From contig JAZURI010000003.1 in the NCBI GenBank assembly GCA_045606105.1, positions 96,001-160,000 of the forward strand: a stretch of 64,000 nt of DNA, written 5' to 3'. The notes under the pieces were generated by a model that was given only the letters and a program-made list of their open reading frames with translations, made no database searches and was not told the DNA's origin. Positions 9,857 to 20,146 of the stretch are shown here, one piece after another; position 1 is the stretch's first letter, and each line of letters begins with the position of its first letter. A program made the position numbers and the translations under genes. The stretch is from Spirochaetia bacterium. GTDB taxonomy: Bacteria; Spirochaetota; Spirochaetia; CADAEX01.

Positions 9857-11125
9857 ATGAAATTTGATCTTGTAGTAGTCGGAGGGGGACCGGCCGGAAT
9901 GGCTGCTGCCCTGGAAGCATACAGAAACGGAATCAGAAGTATAGCAATAGTTGAAAGAGATGTGGAACCGGGAGGAATTCTCCAGCAGTGTATCCATAAC
10001 GGATTCGGTCTCCATATTTTCAAGGAGGAGCTTACAGGTCCCGAATATGCACAGCGCTTCGTGGATATGACCAAAGAGACAGAAATAGAATATTTCCTTG
10101 ATACCATCGTCCTTGATATTTCTGCCGACAAGAAAATTACTGTAATGAACAGCAAGAAAGGTATCTTTGAGCTGGAAGCCAAGGCTGTGATACTGGCCAT
10201 GGGATGCCGCGAAAGAACCAGAAGCGGAATCGGTATTCCGGGAGACAGGCCTTCCGGAGTATTCACCGCAGGAACAGCCCAGCGCTATATCAATATCGAA
10301 GGTCAGATGGTGGGAAAGAAGGTTATTATCCTGGGTTCCGGCGATATCGGAATGATCATGGCCAGAAGAATCGTCCTGGAAGGGGGCGAGGTTATAGCCG
10401 TGGTTGCCAGAAGCTCATTCCCTAAGGGGCTTACCAGAAACGTTGTACAGTGTCTTGACCATTACAACATTCCTATGTGGTACAGCCACAATATCGTAGG
10501 TATATATGGAAAGGAAAGGGTTGAAAAGGTTGTTGTTGCCGAATGTGACAAGAAGACCAAGGAGGTTATTCCGGGAACAGAAAAGGAGTATGAGTGCGAT
10601 ACAGTGCTTCTCTCCGTAGGTCTTATCCCTGAAAACGAGCTTTCCCGTCAGGTAGGAATCAGGATTGACAGAAAGACATCCGGTCCTGTGGTTACCGAAT
10701 CCATGGAAACATCCCTGGAGGGTGTATTTGCCTGCGGAAACGTAGTTCATGTACATGACCTTGTGGACTTTGTTACAGAAGAGAGCATGAAGGCCGGAAA
10801 AAATGCCGCAGACTATATCAAGGGTGAGATTACAAAGAACTCAGAGCCTAACAGGTTCCGTGTTTCCGGTGGCCTCAGCTATGCGGTTCCTCATCTTTTC
10901 CGCCCGGAAAACCTGGATGAGAAATTCGATATCCTCATGAGAACCGACAAGGTATTCGGAAAATGCTTCCTGGTAGTCAAGGATGGAGAAAAGGAACTCG
11001 GCAGATACAGAAAGCCTTTCCTTACACCGGGCGAAATGATAAAGCTTACAGTTCCGTCTGAAATCTTTGCCGGCATGTCAGGTAAGGAAATTGAAATTAC
11101 TGTAGAACCGGAAGGAGACAAATAA
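9857..11125 (+). CDS. Pyridine nucleotide-disulfide oxidoreductase
   Basis: GGGPAG, GGILQQCIHNGFG, GNVVHVHDLVD. Confidence 0.9.
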   Translation: MKFDLVVVGGGPAGMAAALEAYRNGIRSIAIVERDVEPGGILQQCIHNGFGLHIFKEELTGPEYAQRFVDMTKETEIEYFLDTIVLDISADKKITVMNSKKGIFELEAKAVILAMGCRERTRSGIGIPGDRPSGVFTAGTAQRYINIEGQMVGKKVIILGSGDIGMIMARRIVLEGGEVIAVVARSSFPKGLTRNVVQCLDHYNIPMWYSHNIVGIYGKERVEKVVVAECDKKTKEVIPGTEKEYECDTVLLSVGLIPENELSRQVGIRIDRKTSGPVVTESMETSLEGVFACGNVVHVHDLVDFVTEESMKAGKNAADYIKGEITKNSEPNRFRVSGGLSYAVPHLFRPENLDEKFDILMRTDKVFGKCFLVVKDGEKELGRYRKPFLTPGEMIKLTVPSEIFAGMSGKEIEITVEPEGDK

Positions 11126-11126
11126 T

Positions 11127-11486
11127 ATGGAATGTATTGAAAAGAACATAGTCTGTGTATCATGTCCAATGGGCTGCAGAATGAAGGTTACTCTCTGCGG
11201 AGAGGAGCTGAAGGTTGAGGGAAATACCTGTAAAAGGGGAGAGGTCTACGCAAGAAACGAAATGACCGACCCAAGAAGAATGATCTGCTCCACAGTAAGG
11301 ATAAAGGGTGGGGTTCACCCGGTGGTTCCGGTGAAGACAGACAAGCCTGTTCCTGAAAATCTCAAGTTCAGATGCATGGAGATAATCAATTCCATCGAAC
11401 TGGAATCTCCGGTAAAGATGGGTGATGTGGCAGCAGCCAATATACTGGGAACAGATGTAAATATCATAGTAACCCGAAGCATGTAG
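11127..11486 (+). CDS. DUF1667-like Cys-rich protein
   Basis: CVSCPMGC and GNTCKRG; usual third gene of this oxidoreductase trio. Confidence 0.85.
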   Translation: MECIEKNIVCVSCPMGCRMKVTLCGEELKVEGNTCKRGEVYARNEMTDPRRMICSTVRIKGGVHPVVPVKTDKPVPENLKFRCMEIINSIELESPVKMGDVAAANILGTDVNIIVTRSM

Positions 11487-12102
11487 GCAGCTGGGTTATT
11501 TCCTTTATTACAGGGGCGGGAAAACCGTCCCTTTTTTTCATTTTCTCATCTACCAGGACTCCGTGTCCTCCCAAATCGATGAAGGCGGTAACCGTACCGG
11601 GCCTGTCATCAATCAGCAGAACCTCCTCCGGCGGAAGCTTCAGGTCTGAAAGAACTGCCTCGAAGGCTGACCTGTTGGGCTTTCCCACAAGGTTACAGAA
11701 CCTGAGGTCATATATTTTCCTGAAGAATTTCTCTATTTCCAGATGCCTCAGCACATTTTCGGCATGGATGCTCCAGGAGTTTGTAAAGACAGAACATGGA
11801 ACAGAGATATTTTCCATCATTTCAACAAGGGCCCGGTTCTTGGGAAAATAGTTTTCCAGGTCGGTAGGGTGGATATAGCTGAAGAAGGCCTGCTCGTCAT
11901 TGAATCCGTAGCCCCGTCTCAGCCAGTCCAGGGTGGAATCATAGCTTTTGTCACGGGTGGCCCTGAGATGAGCCGCTTCTTCCGGACTTACCTTAAGGAA
12001 ATCTGCGGTAAAACGGATCAGTCTCCTGATCATTTCCTCCTCAATCCCCGAAGATGCAGGATAGAGTGTATGGTCCACGTCAAACAGGATATGCTTTATC
12101 AT
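11464..12102 (-). CDS. HAD-family hydrolase (pyrimidine 5'-nucleotidase-like)
   Basis: FDVDHTLY motif I, KP and IDD motifs; start at MIKHIL overlapping the tatD stop. Confidence 0.85.
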   Translation of the reverse strand: MIKHILFDVDHTLYPASSGIEEEMIRRLIRFTADFLKVSPEEAAHLRATRDKSYDSTLDWLRRGYGFNDEQAFFSYIHPTDLENYFPKNRALVEMMENISVPCSVFTNSWSIHAENVLRHLEIEKFFRKIYDLRFCNLVGKPNRSAFEAVLSDLKLPPEEVLLIDDRPGTVTAFIDLGGHGVLVDEKMKKRDGFPAPVIKEITQLPTCFGLL

Positions 12103-12929
12103 ATCTGCATCAGCTTCCTGAAATTGTTTCTGACTGTATCGGTCATCTCCTGAGGGGTACATCCTCTCAGCTCTGCCAGATAATCGTATGTATAACCCAC
12201 AAATCCGGACCAGTTGGGATATTTTCTCACCTTCTGAGGAGTCAGGAACGGGGCATCGGTTTCTGCAAGTATGGAATCTGAAGGTATCCTTGCGGCGGCA
12301 TCAGCTATCTGCTCTGATTTCTTATAGGTTACATTGCCGGAAAAGGATATGCAGTATCCCAGGTCGATAAATTTTTTTGCATATTCGTAATTACTTGAGA
12401 AGCAATGGATTATGCCTCCTCGTGAAAGCCTGAAGGAGGAGAGTATGTCATAGACCTCCTTATCTGCATCCCTGTTATGGATAACAACGGGAAGGTTGAA
12501 GCGGTCTGCAATCTCCATCTGGGAAGCAAAAAGCCTTTTCTGTTTTTCGGCTCCTCCGTAGAGATAGAAGTTGTCCAGTCCGATTTCACCTACAGCCAGG
12601 AGTTTAGGATTCTCCCGGTTTTCCTCTATCTGTTTTTCAAGCAGGGAGAGGGCATCGTTCATTTCATTGTCCGGAAGCTCTGATTTTCCTACCGAAAGAC
12701 CGTCTGTAAGAAACAGCTGAGGGAACCGGCTGCACATTTCCAGCCTTTTATAGAAGGTGGCGGTATTGGTGCCGATATCCATGGCCATTTCCAGACCGTT
12801 TTCAATGCACCCTTTTATCAGGATTTCCCAGTCCAGGTCCTTGGTTTCAAGCATTATAAGGTGGGTATGGGTATCCACGATACCGGGATAAAGATGAATC
12901 TTTTCCAAAACTTCTTCTGTGATGCTCAT
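12099..12929 (-). CDS. tatD: TatD-family DNase
   Basis: DTHTH, GEIGLD, IHNRDA, HCFS, ETDAP. Confidence 0.92.
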   Translation of the reverse strand: MSITEEVLEKIHLYPGIVDTHTHLIMLETKDLDWEILIKGCIENGLEMAMDIGTNTATFYKRLEMCSRFPQLFLTDGLSVGKSELPDNEMNDALSLLEKQIEENRENPKLLAVGEIGLDNFYLYGGAEKQKRLFASQMEIADRFNLPVVIHNRDADKEVYDILSSFRLSRGGIIHCFSSNYEYAKKFIDLGYCISFSGNVTYKKSEQIADAAARIPSDSILAETDAPFLTPQKVRKYPNWSGFVGYTYDYLAELRGCTPQEMTDTVRNNFRKLMQI

Positions 12930-13027
12930 GTAAGCAAGGTATTCTTTTTATTTGATTTTGTAAACCGAAAAAATAATATTTTCATCTTGACCCAGAGACC
13001 TATGAAAAGTATTATAAAAGAGTATTT

Positions 13028-13113
13028 GCCGAAGTGGTGGAACTGGTAGACACAGAGGACTTAAAATCCTCCGGCCTTTAAAAGCCTTGCGGATTCGATT
13101 TCCGCCTTCGGCA
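13028..13113 (+). tRNA. tRNA-Leu(TAA)
   Basis: Acceptor GCCGAAG/CTTCGGC, anticodon arm GAGGA-CTTAAAA-TCCTC, long variable arm. Confidence 0.93.
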
Positions 13114-13198
13114 AATTATATTTTTAAAAAAAATATCAGTTTATATTGACATTTTTTTTGAATACTGTTAAATTCAAATCGTTGTAAAACAGAGCCTA

Positions 13199-13271
13199 GG
13201 GCTGCTAGCTCAGCAGGTAGAGCAACGCCCTTTTAAGGCGTGGGTCAATGGTTCGAATCCATTGCAGCTCA
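13199..13271 (+). tRNA. tRNA-Lys(TTT)
   Basis: GGGCTGC/GCAGCTC acceptor, ACGCC-CTTTTAA-GGCGT, GGTTCGAATCC. Confidence 0.95.
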
Positions 13272-13276
13272 ATCAT

Positions 13277-13348
13277 GTCTCCTTCGTCTAGGGGTTAGGA
13301 CAACGGGTTTTCATCCCGTCAACACTGGTTCGATTCCAGTAGGAGATG
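13277..13348 (+). tRNA. tRNA-Glu(TTC)
   Basis: GTCTCCT/AGGAGAT acceptor, ACGGG-TTTTCAT-CCCGT, GGTTCGATTCC. Confidence 0.93.
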
Positions 13349-13358
13349 TTTAGAATAT

Positions 13359-13392
13359 AAACCTTGTATTTTCGGATACAAGGTTTTTTTTT
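13359..13392 (+). terminator. Intrinsic terminator after tRNA cluster
   Basis: AAACCTTGTAT-TTTCGG-ATACAAGGTTT followed by a T run. Confidence 0.85.
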
Positions 13393-13464
13393 GCCTTTCG
13401 TAAAATTTCTCAAATCCCCCTTTTTGTTCTATTAAATATCTCTTAAAAATGATATAAACAAAAT

Positions 13465-14466
13465 ATGAATAAGAAACTGATTCCGGGACTGCTCCTCTGC
13501 CTGGGTGTGGCACTCCCTTCATATTTTCTCGGAAAGCTGGTTCCTGTGGTAGGTGGACCGGTTTTTGCAATTATCCTGGGTATGATAGTAACATGCCGGA
13601 TCAAGGACAAAAGCGGTGTAAGCAAGGGAATTGCCTTTACCTCCAAGAAAATCCTCCAGTATGCGGTTATTCTTCTCGGTTTCGGAATGAATATTTCCGA
13701 TATCCTGCAGAAAGGGATTCAGTCTCTGCCGGTAATACTGAGCACCATCACCGTTGCATTGACAGTGGCATATCTTTTTACCCGTATCCTGGGAATCGAC
13801 AGGACAACAGGTACCCTTATCGGAGTGGGCTCCTCCATCTGCGGCGGTTCTGCCATAGCTGCAGCCAGTGCGGTAATAAATGCCGATGACAACAAGGTGG
13901 CAGCCTCAATTTCCGTTATCTTTCTTTTCAATGTGGCCGCAGCCCTTATTTTCCCTCTTCTGGGACAGTTTCTGGGGCTTACCAACGAGGGCTTTGCCCT
14001 GTTTGCGGGAACTGCGGTAAACGATACCTCCTCCGTTACGGCGGCGGCCAGCACCTGGGATGCCCTTCATCCGGGAGCCGACACACTGTCGGAGGCTGCT
14101 ATAGTAAAGCTGACCAGAACCCTTGCCATTATTCCTATTTCCCTGGCTCTGGCCTTTATGCAGATGAAGAAGAAAAAGGGGGAAGGGGGAAGCTTCAGCA
14201 TGGCCAAGGTTTTCCCTTTTTTCATTACCTGGTTTCTTGCAGCATCGCTGATAACTACTTTTTTTGATATTCCGGCAGAAATCCTGGGATGTCTCAAGTT
14301 CTTAAGTAAATTTTTCATCATTATGGCTATGGGTGCCATCGGACTCAACACAGATTTTGCCAAGCTGGTGAGTCACGGAAGAAAGCCTGTGCTTCTGGGC
14401 TTTGTATGCTGGATCAGTATCTGTGTATCCAGCCTTGCAGTGCAGTATGTATGCGGTATGTGGTAA
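13465..14466 (+). CDS. YeiH/UPF0324 family membrane protein (putative sulfate exporter)
   Basis: GSSICGGSAIAA, GTAVNDTSSV, VKLTR. Confidence 0.9.
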   Translation: MNKKLIPGLLLCLGVALPSYFLGKLVPVVGGPVFAIILGMIVTCRIKDKSGVSKGIAFTSKKILQYAVILLGFGMNISDILQKGIQSLPVILSTITVALTVAYLFTRILGIDRTTGTLIGVGSSICGGSAIAAASAVINADDNKVAASISVIFLFNVAAALIFPLLGQFLGLTNEGFALFAGTAVNDTSSVTAAASTWDALHPGADTLSEAAIVKLTRTLAIIPISLALAFMQMKKKKGEGGSFSMAKVFPFFITWFLAASLITTFFDIPAEILGCLKFLSKFFIIMAMGAIGLNTDFAKLVSHGRKPVLLGFVCWISICVSSLAVQYVCGMW

Positions 14467-14563
14467 GATAAAAGCATCCCGTTTTTTTGCCGTACTTGCA
14501 TAATTTTTTATAAAGGTTTATAGTTTTTAACAACTAGGTGGGGTACAGCTTAGGAGTTTTTCT

Positions 14564-16648
14564 ATGGAACACAACATTACCGAGGTAATGACCAGTCTTA
14601 TATTTCAGATTGGTATCATTATTTTTGCGGTCAAATTTTTAGGTAAGCTTGCTGAAAAATTCAGTATTCCTTCTGTAATCGGCGAACTTCTTGCCGGTGT
14701 CATTATAGGACCATTCGTTCTGGGAAGCATTCCGGTTCCCGGATTTCCCGAAGGACTTTTTCCGGTTTACTCATCATCACTGGCAGTAACGCCGGAGCTT
14801 TACGGTTTTGCCATGGTGGCATCAATCATACTTCTTTTCAACTCGGGAATAGAAACCGATCTGGGACTTTTCCTCAGATATTCCGTTGCCGGAGGTGTGG
14901 TAGGTATTTTCGGAGTACTTTTCTCCTTCTTCTTCGGTGCCGGAACATGTATGATCATTCTTGATACTAACCTTATGGATCCGAGATGCCTTTTCTTCGG
15001 TATCATGTCTACAGCCACTTCTGTAGGTATTACGGCCCGTATCCTTTCGGACAAGAAGAAAATGGACTCTCCCGAGGGTGTCACAACCCTTGCGGCCGCA
15101 GTATTCGACGATGTTCTGGGTATTGTTCTCCTGGCTGTGGTAATGGGTGTGGTAGCAGTCGTAAACGGCAAGAGCAATACAGCAATAGATGCTGCTTCAA
15201 TATACAGTATTGCAGGAAGAGCCTTCGGAATCTGGCTCGGTTTTTCTGCCGTTGCCCTTCTGTTCTCGAAGCAGATAGCCCGTTTCCTCAAATTATTCCG
15301 TAATTCATACGATTTTTCAATCTGTGCCCTGGGTATAGCCCTCCTGTTTGCCGGACTTTTCGAAAAGCAGGGACTGGCCATGATCATCGGTGCCTATATT
15401 ACAGGACTTTCCCTTTCCAGTACTGACATTGCCCCTATCATCAGGGAAAAGCTTGAGGGACTTTCCGAGTTCTTCGTTCCCCTTTTCTTCTGTGTAATGG
15501 GTATGATGGTAAATGTTTCCAAGCTGATGGACAAGGAAATCCTTATCTTCGGTGCAATCTATACTCTGACCTGTATCGTGTCAAAGATGGTGGGATGCGG
15601 TCTGCCGGCCCTTTTTCTGGGCTTCAACCTGAGAGGAGCTCTCCGTATCGGATGCGGAATGGTTCCCCGCGGAGAGGTGGCCCTTATCATCGCCGGTATC
15701 GGTATAACATCGGGTATTCTTGATGAACAGCTTTTCGGTGTAGTAATCATGATGACCCTTATCACCACGATTTTTGCCCCTCCGGCCCTTAATGCAGTAA
15801 TCAAATCCCCGAAAAAGGGAACCAACAAGGATGTTAAGGCAGAAGCTACCGTCTCCTCCATTTGGGAGTTCAAGACAGAGGAAATTGCCGATCTTGTTGC
15901 ATATCTGTATCTCAAGGACCTGAGAAAAGAGGGATTTTTCGTATTTACCGTCAACAGCGACGAGGGTATTTCCCAGGCCAGGATCAACAAGACAGTCATT
16001 ACCATCATACAGCAGGGAAGAACCATTACTGCCAAGACCACAGCTCTCAACATGGGCTTTGTAAAGACCTCCATGTACGAGGTTCTGCTCCGTTTCAACG
16101 ATTCTGATAACCTGAAGAACGGCTCTGCATTTGTTCAGGTCAAGAAGGATATGGTTGAATGTACCAAGGAGGGAGGCTCTGATCTTTCCATACTCAAGCA
16201 CAAGATTTCCGAAAAGACAATCATTACCGGAATCAAATCAGAAACTCAGGAGGATATCCTGAAGGAACTGGTTATGGTAATGTGCAACACAGGTATGGTT
16301 CAGGACTGGAAGCTGCTTCTTAACGATATCATTCTCAGGGAAAAGCTTTTCGGAACCGGAATGGAAAACGGAATTGCATTTCCTCATGCCAGGACAGCCG
16401 GAGTCAAATCTCTCTGTATTGCAATCGGTGTAAAGAAAACCGGTGTGGATTTCGGAGCCATGGACGGAAAGCCTTCCAGGGTCTTTGTAATGATTGCTTC
16501 CCCTAAGGATACCTCTGCACCTCATATCCAGGTGCTTGCCTCCTTCAGTACCATTCTCAGGAAAAAGGAGACAGTGGACAGGATTCTCAATGCGGAAACA
16601 CCGGCCGAGGTTGCCGATATCTTCAATGAGTGCATAAACGGCAGATAG
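14564..16648 (+). CDS. Cation:proton antiporter (CPA2/NapA-like) fused to C-terminal PTS EIIA domain
   Basis: ATSVGITA, AAVFDD and GMVPRGEV; C-terminal GIAFPHAR and AMDGKP. Confidence 0.9.
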   Translation: MEHNITEVMTSLIFQIGIIIFAVKFLGKLAEKFSIPSVIGELLAGVIIGPFVLGSIPVPGFPEGLFPVYSSSLAVTPELYGFAMVASIILLFNSGIETDLGLFLRYSVAGGVVGIFGVLFSFFFGAGTCMIILDTNLMDPRCLFFGIMSTATSVGITARILSDKKKMDSPEGVTTLAAAVFDDVLGIVLLAVVMGVVAVVNGKSNTAIDAASIYSIAGRAFGIWLGFSAVALLFSKQIARFLKLFRNSYDFSICALGIALLFAGLFEKQGLAMIIGAYITGLSLSSTDIAPIIREKLEGLSEFFVPLFFCVMGMMVNVSKLMDKEILIFGAIYTLTCIVSKMVGCGLPALFLGFNLRGALRIGCGMVPRGEVALIIAGIGITSGILDEQLFGVVIMMTLITTIFAPPALNAVIKSPKKGTNKDVKAEATVSSIWEFKTEEIADLVAYLYLKDLRKEGFFVFTVNSDEGISQARINKTVITIIQQGRTITAKTTALNMGFVKTSMYEVLLRFNDSDNLKNGSAFVQVKKDMVECTKEGGSDLSILKHKISEKTIITGIKSETQEDILKELVMVMCNTGMVQDWKLLLNDIILREKLFGTGMENGIAFPHARTAGVKSLCIAIGVKKTGVDFGAMDGKPSRVFVMIASPKDTSAPHIQVLASFSTILRKKETVDRILNAETPAEVADIFNECINGR

Positions 16649-16649
16649 G

Positions 16650-17978
16650 ATGGAAAAGCCTTCAGCCCTTCTTATTGCACCTCCTGTTTATGACTTTGCC
16701 CTTTTTGACCTTTTTCTCAAGCCCTATGCCCTTCTTAAAATAGGGGCCTACCTTGAGGAAAACGGCTATGATGTTCATCTTATAAACTGTCTCGATTACA
16801 GGGACGAGGAATCGCTCCGTACCATGCGAAGCCCGGCCCGCCGGGAAAACGGCACCGGAAAATTCTTCCGTCAGAGGGCCGAAACTCCGGATATCATTGC
16901 AGGGTACGGAAAATATCTGTTCAGATACGGAATCTCGGAGGAAAGCTTTGAAGCCAAGCTCCGGGCCTTTGGAAAAAAGCCTGATATAGTTCTGGTATCA
17001 TCCGGAATGACCTACTGGTATCCCGGGGTCAGGGAGGCTGTGGAGAAGGTCAGGAAAATATGGCCCGATGCAAAGGTTGCTGTAGGAGGAATCTATGCCA
17101 CACTCATGCCTGAGCATTGTGAACGGGTTGTTGCTCCCGATTTTGTCATCAGGGGAGATGCCCAGGGGGAAAAGGGGCTGAATTATGTTTTCGGGAAGCT
17201 GGGACTTCCTTTGTGTACCGGCTCATGGCGCGATACCATGATGCTCCATCCCGTACTTAAGGATGCTGCCGTGATAAGGATAAACAGAGGCTGTCCCTAT
17301 TCCTGCCATTACTGTGCATCGGCCTGTATCAGCTCCTTTGAGCCGGGCAGCGGAGAAAAGGCTTTTCAGGAGCTTCTTAGGATTCACGGAAAATACGGTA
17401 CCCTCAATTTTGCATTCTATGATGATGCCCTTCTTATAAATAAGGAAAATATCTTTGTTCCGTTTCTGGAAATGGTGGAAAAGTCGGGTCTGAAATTCAA
17501 TTTCTATCTTCCCAACGCTCTTCATCTGGATCGGCTGGACTTTGAGACCGCTTCGCTCATGTACCGGTGCGGCTTCAGGGAAATCAGGGTAGGCTTTGAA
17601 AGCTCCGATGTGAAGTTCCATGAAACAAATGACAACAAGCTGAATCTGGGAACCTTCGGGGAGAAGGTGGATATGCTTTTCAGAAGCGGCTTTACCAAGG
17701 AGAACCTGGGAATATATGTTCTGGCAGGGCTTCCGGGACAGCATGCGGAAGAGGTGGAGGCCTCAATAAGATATCTGGCCGGATTCGGACTCCGGGGAAA
17801 CATAGCCGAGTTCTCCACCGTACCGGGGACAGAGGTCTGGAAGGAATGTGTGGAGAAAAGTATCTTCCCACTGGAAACCGAGCCGGTTTGTCACAACAAC
17901 TCCATTTTTCCGATGCAGTGGGAAGGCTTTACCATGGAGGACATGGCAAGATTAAAGAGGCTTTCTAAAACTCTCTGA
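16650..17978 (+). CDS. B12-binding radical SAM protein
   Basis: RGCPYSCHYC, GGIYAT, GFES. Confidence 0.88.
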   Translation: MEKPSALLIAPPVYDFALFDLFLKPYALLKIGAYLEENGYDVHLINCLDYRDEESLRTMRSPARRENGTGKFFRQRAETPDIIAGYGKYLFRYGISEESFEAKLRAFGKKPDIVLVSSGMTYWYPGVREAVEKVRKIWPDAKVAVGGIYATLMPEHCERVVAPDFVIRGDAQGEKGLNYVFGKLGLPLCTGSWRDTMMLHPVLKDAAVIRINRGCPYSCHYCASACISSFEPGSGEKAFQELLRIHGKYGTLNFAFYDDALLINKENIFVPFLEMVEKSGLKFNFYLPNALHLDRLDFETASLMYRCGFREIRVGFESSDVKFHETNDNKLNLGTFGEKVDMLFRSGFTKENLGIYVLAGLPGQHAEEVEASIRYLAGFGLRGNIAEFSTVPGTEVWKECVEKSIFPLETEPVCHNNSIFPMQWEGFTMEDMARLKRLSKTL

Positions 17979-19647
17979 TCATATCGGTAATGAATTTCAT
18001 GCTGCTGCGGAAAAATTCCTTGGTTTCCACATCAATGCCTGCCTGTTTTGCAACCCCCTTTATATCCATGATTCCGGTACAACCGAGCAGCTTTCTGTAA
18101 AGCTCCGGAAAGTTTTTCCTGTCTTCAAGGTATTTCCTGTAGAGTCCGATGGAGAAAAGCTGTCCGAAGGCATAAGGAAAGTTGTAGAAGCCCAGATCGG
18201 CACTGTAGTAATGACATTTTACCGCCCACATATACGGATGCAGCTGCTCCGGATCCAGGGCATCACCGTAGGTCTTTTTCTGGGCCTTCAGCATGATTTC
18301 TGAAAATTCATCTGCAGAAAGGGCTCCGTCCCTCTTTATTCTTTCGAAAATTTCCTTTTCAAAATAGAATCTGGAAAGGATATCCACAATAACCTGGGTT
18401 ACCTCCTGAAGGAAAAGCTCTGTAATATAGGTCTTTTCAAAGCCCTCTGCCTTTTCAAGAGCAGTGTTGAAAATCAGTGTTTCGGCAAATATGGAGGCTG
18501 TTTCCGCCAAAGTCATGGGATAAGCCCTGGCAAAGGCAGACCTTTTCTTAAGAAGCTCGAAGTGATATGCATGTCCCAGTTCGTGGGCAATGGTTGAGAC
18601 ACCTGACATGGTAGGATTGAAATTGCACATTACCCTGGATTCACCGGCAACCGGGAAGGAGGTACAGTAGGCGCCCCCTATCTTGTTTGCTCTCGGGTCC
18701 TCATCAATCCATCCGTTATCAAAGGCTTTTTCGGCAAATTTACCCATATCCGGGGCAAAGGATGAAAAGGTTTCTGTTATGAATTCCCTGGCATCGGCAT
18801 AGCTCCATTTCCGGGCCTCAAAGCCCTCCTTTGTCAGAGGGGCAAAAATATCGTAGAAGGCCGGCTTTTCAACTCCAAGAAGAGCTCCCTTTTTTCTGAG
18901 ATATTCCCTGAAATGAGGAAGAGATTCCTCCATCACGCTTATCATAGCCCCCAGTGTCTTTGCCGACATGCGGTTCTGAAACAGTGCCTTGTCCAGAGGT
19001 GATTTCCACTTTCTTTTGCCATCCAGGATGATTGCAGTCTTTTTAACACCGTTAAGGGAATAGGCAAGGGGAATTTCCATCTGCTTCCAGGCTTCAAGCT
19101 CCTTTTCCCAGGCCTTCTGTCTTACATTTCTCTCCTTGTCAAAAGCCAGGTTTCTGAGCTCGTTTACTGTTTTCCTGCTGCCGTCATCCCATTCTGATGA
19201 AAGGGCAGATGAAACGGAAGCCTGAAGTCTTGACCAAGCCTCTCCCGAAGCACTCTGCATTTCTGCTGCCAGTCTTTCTTCTTTATCCGAAAGCTGATGC
19301 TTCGCTTCAATGATTGCTTCCTTTATAAAGAGCTTTTTTTCGGGATCGGGAGATCTGTATTTTGATTCAGCCAGCTTTTTTCTGAGATTGGTTTCGATAT
19401 CGGACAGAAGTACATGGCTGTTTTCAAGCTCATCCAGTCTCTTCATGGCAGCCGGATTATTGGTTTCCACTGAAAACAGGGCATAAGCGTGGGAGTAGAG
19501 GGTTTCGTATATATCTGAAGCTTTTCCCAGGAGAGACAGAGCTTTTTCAAAATCAATTTCATTGCCTGCAAGGATGTTTTTCAGCTCCCTGCAGCATTTT
19601 CTGAAAGCACCGAGGCTTGTTTTATTTAGAATATCAAGTTTCCACAT
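17965..19647 (-). CDS. pepF: M3 family oligoendopeptidase F
   Basis: HELGHAYH, LAETAS, FYNFPYAFG; start at MWKLD. Confidence 0.92.
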   Translation of the reverse strand: MWKLDILNKTSLGAFRKCCRELKNILAGNEIDFEKALSLLGKASDIYETLYSHAYALFSVETNNPAAMKRLDELENSHVLLSDIETNLRKKLAESKYRSPDPEKKLFIKEAIIEAKHQLSDKEERLAAEMQSASGEAWSRLQASVSSALSSEWDDGSRKTVNELRNLAFDKERNVRQKAWEKELEAWKQMEIPLAYSLNGVKKTAIILDGKRKWKSPLDKALFQNRMSAKTLGAMISVMEESLPHFREYLRKKGALLGVEKPAFYDIFAPLTKEGFEARKWSYADAREFITETFSSFAPDMGKFAEKAFDNGWIDEDPRANKIGGAYCTSFPVAGESRVMCNFNPTMSGVSTIAHELGHAYHFELLKKRSAFARAYPMTLAETASIFAETLIFNTALEKAEGFEKTYITELFLQEVTQVIVDILSRFYFEKEIFERIKRDGALSADEFSEIMLKAQKKTYGDALDPEQLHPYMWAVKCHYYSADLGFYNFPYAFGQLFSIGLYRKYLEDRKNFPELYRKLLGCTGIMDIKGVAKQAGIDVETKEFFRSSMKFITDMIREF

Positions 19648-19710
19648 ATATAAAATTTCACACAAACAGTTGATAAAGTCAACTTTTTTAAAAAAATTTA
19701 AATTAAGTAC

Positions 19711-19746
19711 TTGACATTTTATCAATAATAGTAATAATTACTATTA
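19711..19746 (+). promoter_or_regulatory. Promoter overlapped by a perfect 10-1-10 inverted repeat (PerR/Fur box candidate)
   Basis: TTGACA at 19711; TAATAGTAAT-A-ATTACTATTA at 19726-19746, directly upstream of a Fur-family gene. Confidence 0.75.
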
Positions 19747-19756
19747 AGGATTGTGT

Positions 19757-20137
19757 ATGAGAAGATATTCAAGACAAAGGGAAATAATTCTGAATGCAGT
19801 ACGGGAAAATCTGGTTCATCCGGATGCTGAGGAGATTTACTCCATTGTCAGGGCAAAGGATCCTTCAATCAGTCTTGGAACTGTATACAGAAACCTTAAC
19901 CTGCTTTCCGAAATGGGAGAAATCAGGAAAATACAGATGGCCGGAGGGGCAGACAGATATGACGGAAACATATCGGGACACCACCACAGCATCTGTAGTA
20001 AATGCGGAAAAATCATGGATTATGACTATGATTTCGGAGGACTTGGAAACGAAGTCCTGACACAGACCGGTATTGAATGCCGGAATATTACAGTAACATT
20101 GGAAGGAATCTGCCGGGATTGCCTTTCGGAAAAATAG
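19757..20137 (+). CDS. perR: Fur-family transcriptional repressor, PerR-like
   Basis: HPDAEEIY, SLGTVYRNL, HHHSICSKCG, GICRDC; upstream of rubrerythrin. Confidence 0.85.
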   Translation: MRRYSRQREIILNAVRENLVHPDAEEIYSIVRAKDPSISLGTVYRNLNLLSEMGEIRKIQMAGGADRYDGNISGHHHSICSKCGKIMDYDYDFGGLGNEVLTQTGIECRNITVTLEGICRDCLSEK

Positions 20138-20146
20138 GAGAAAAAA

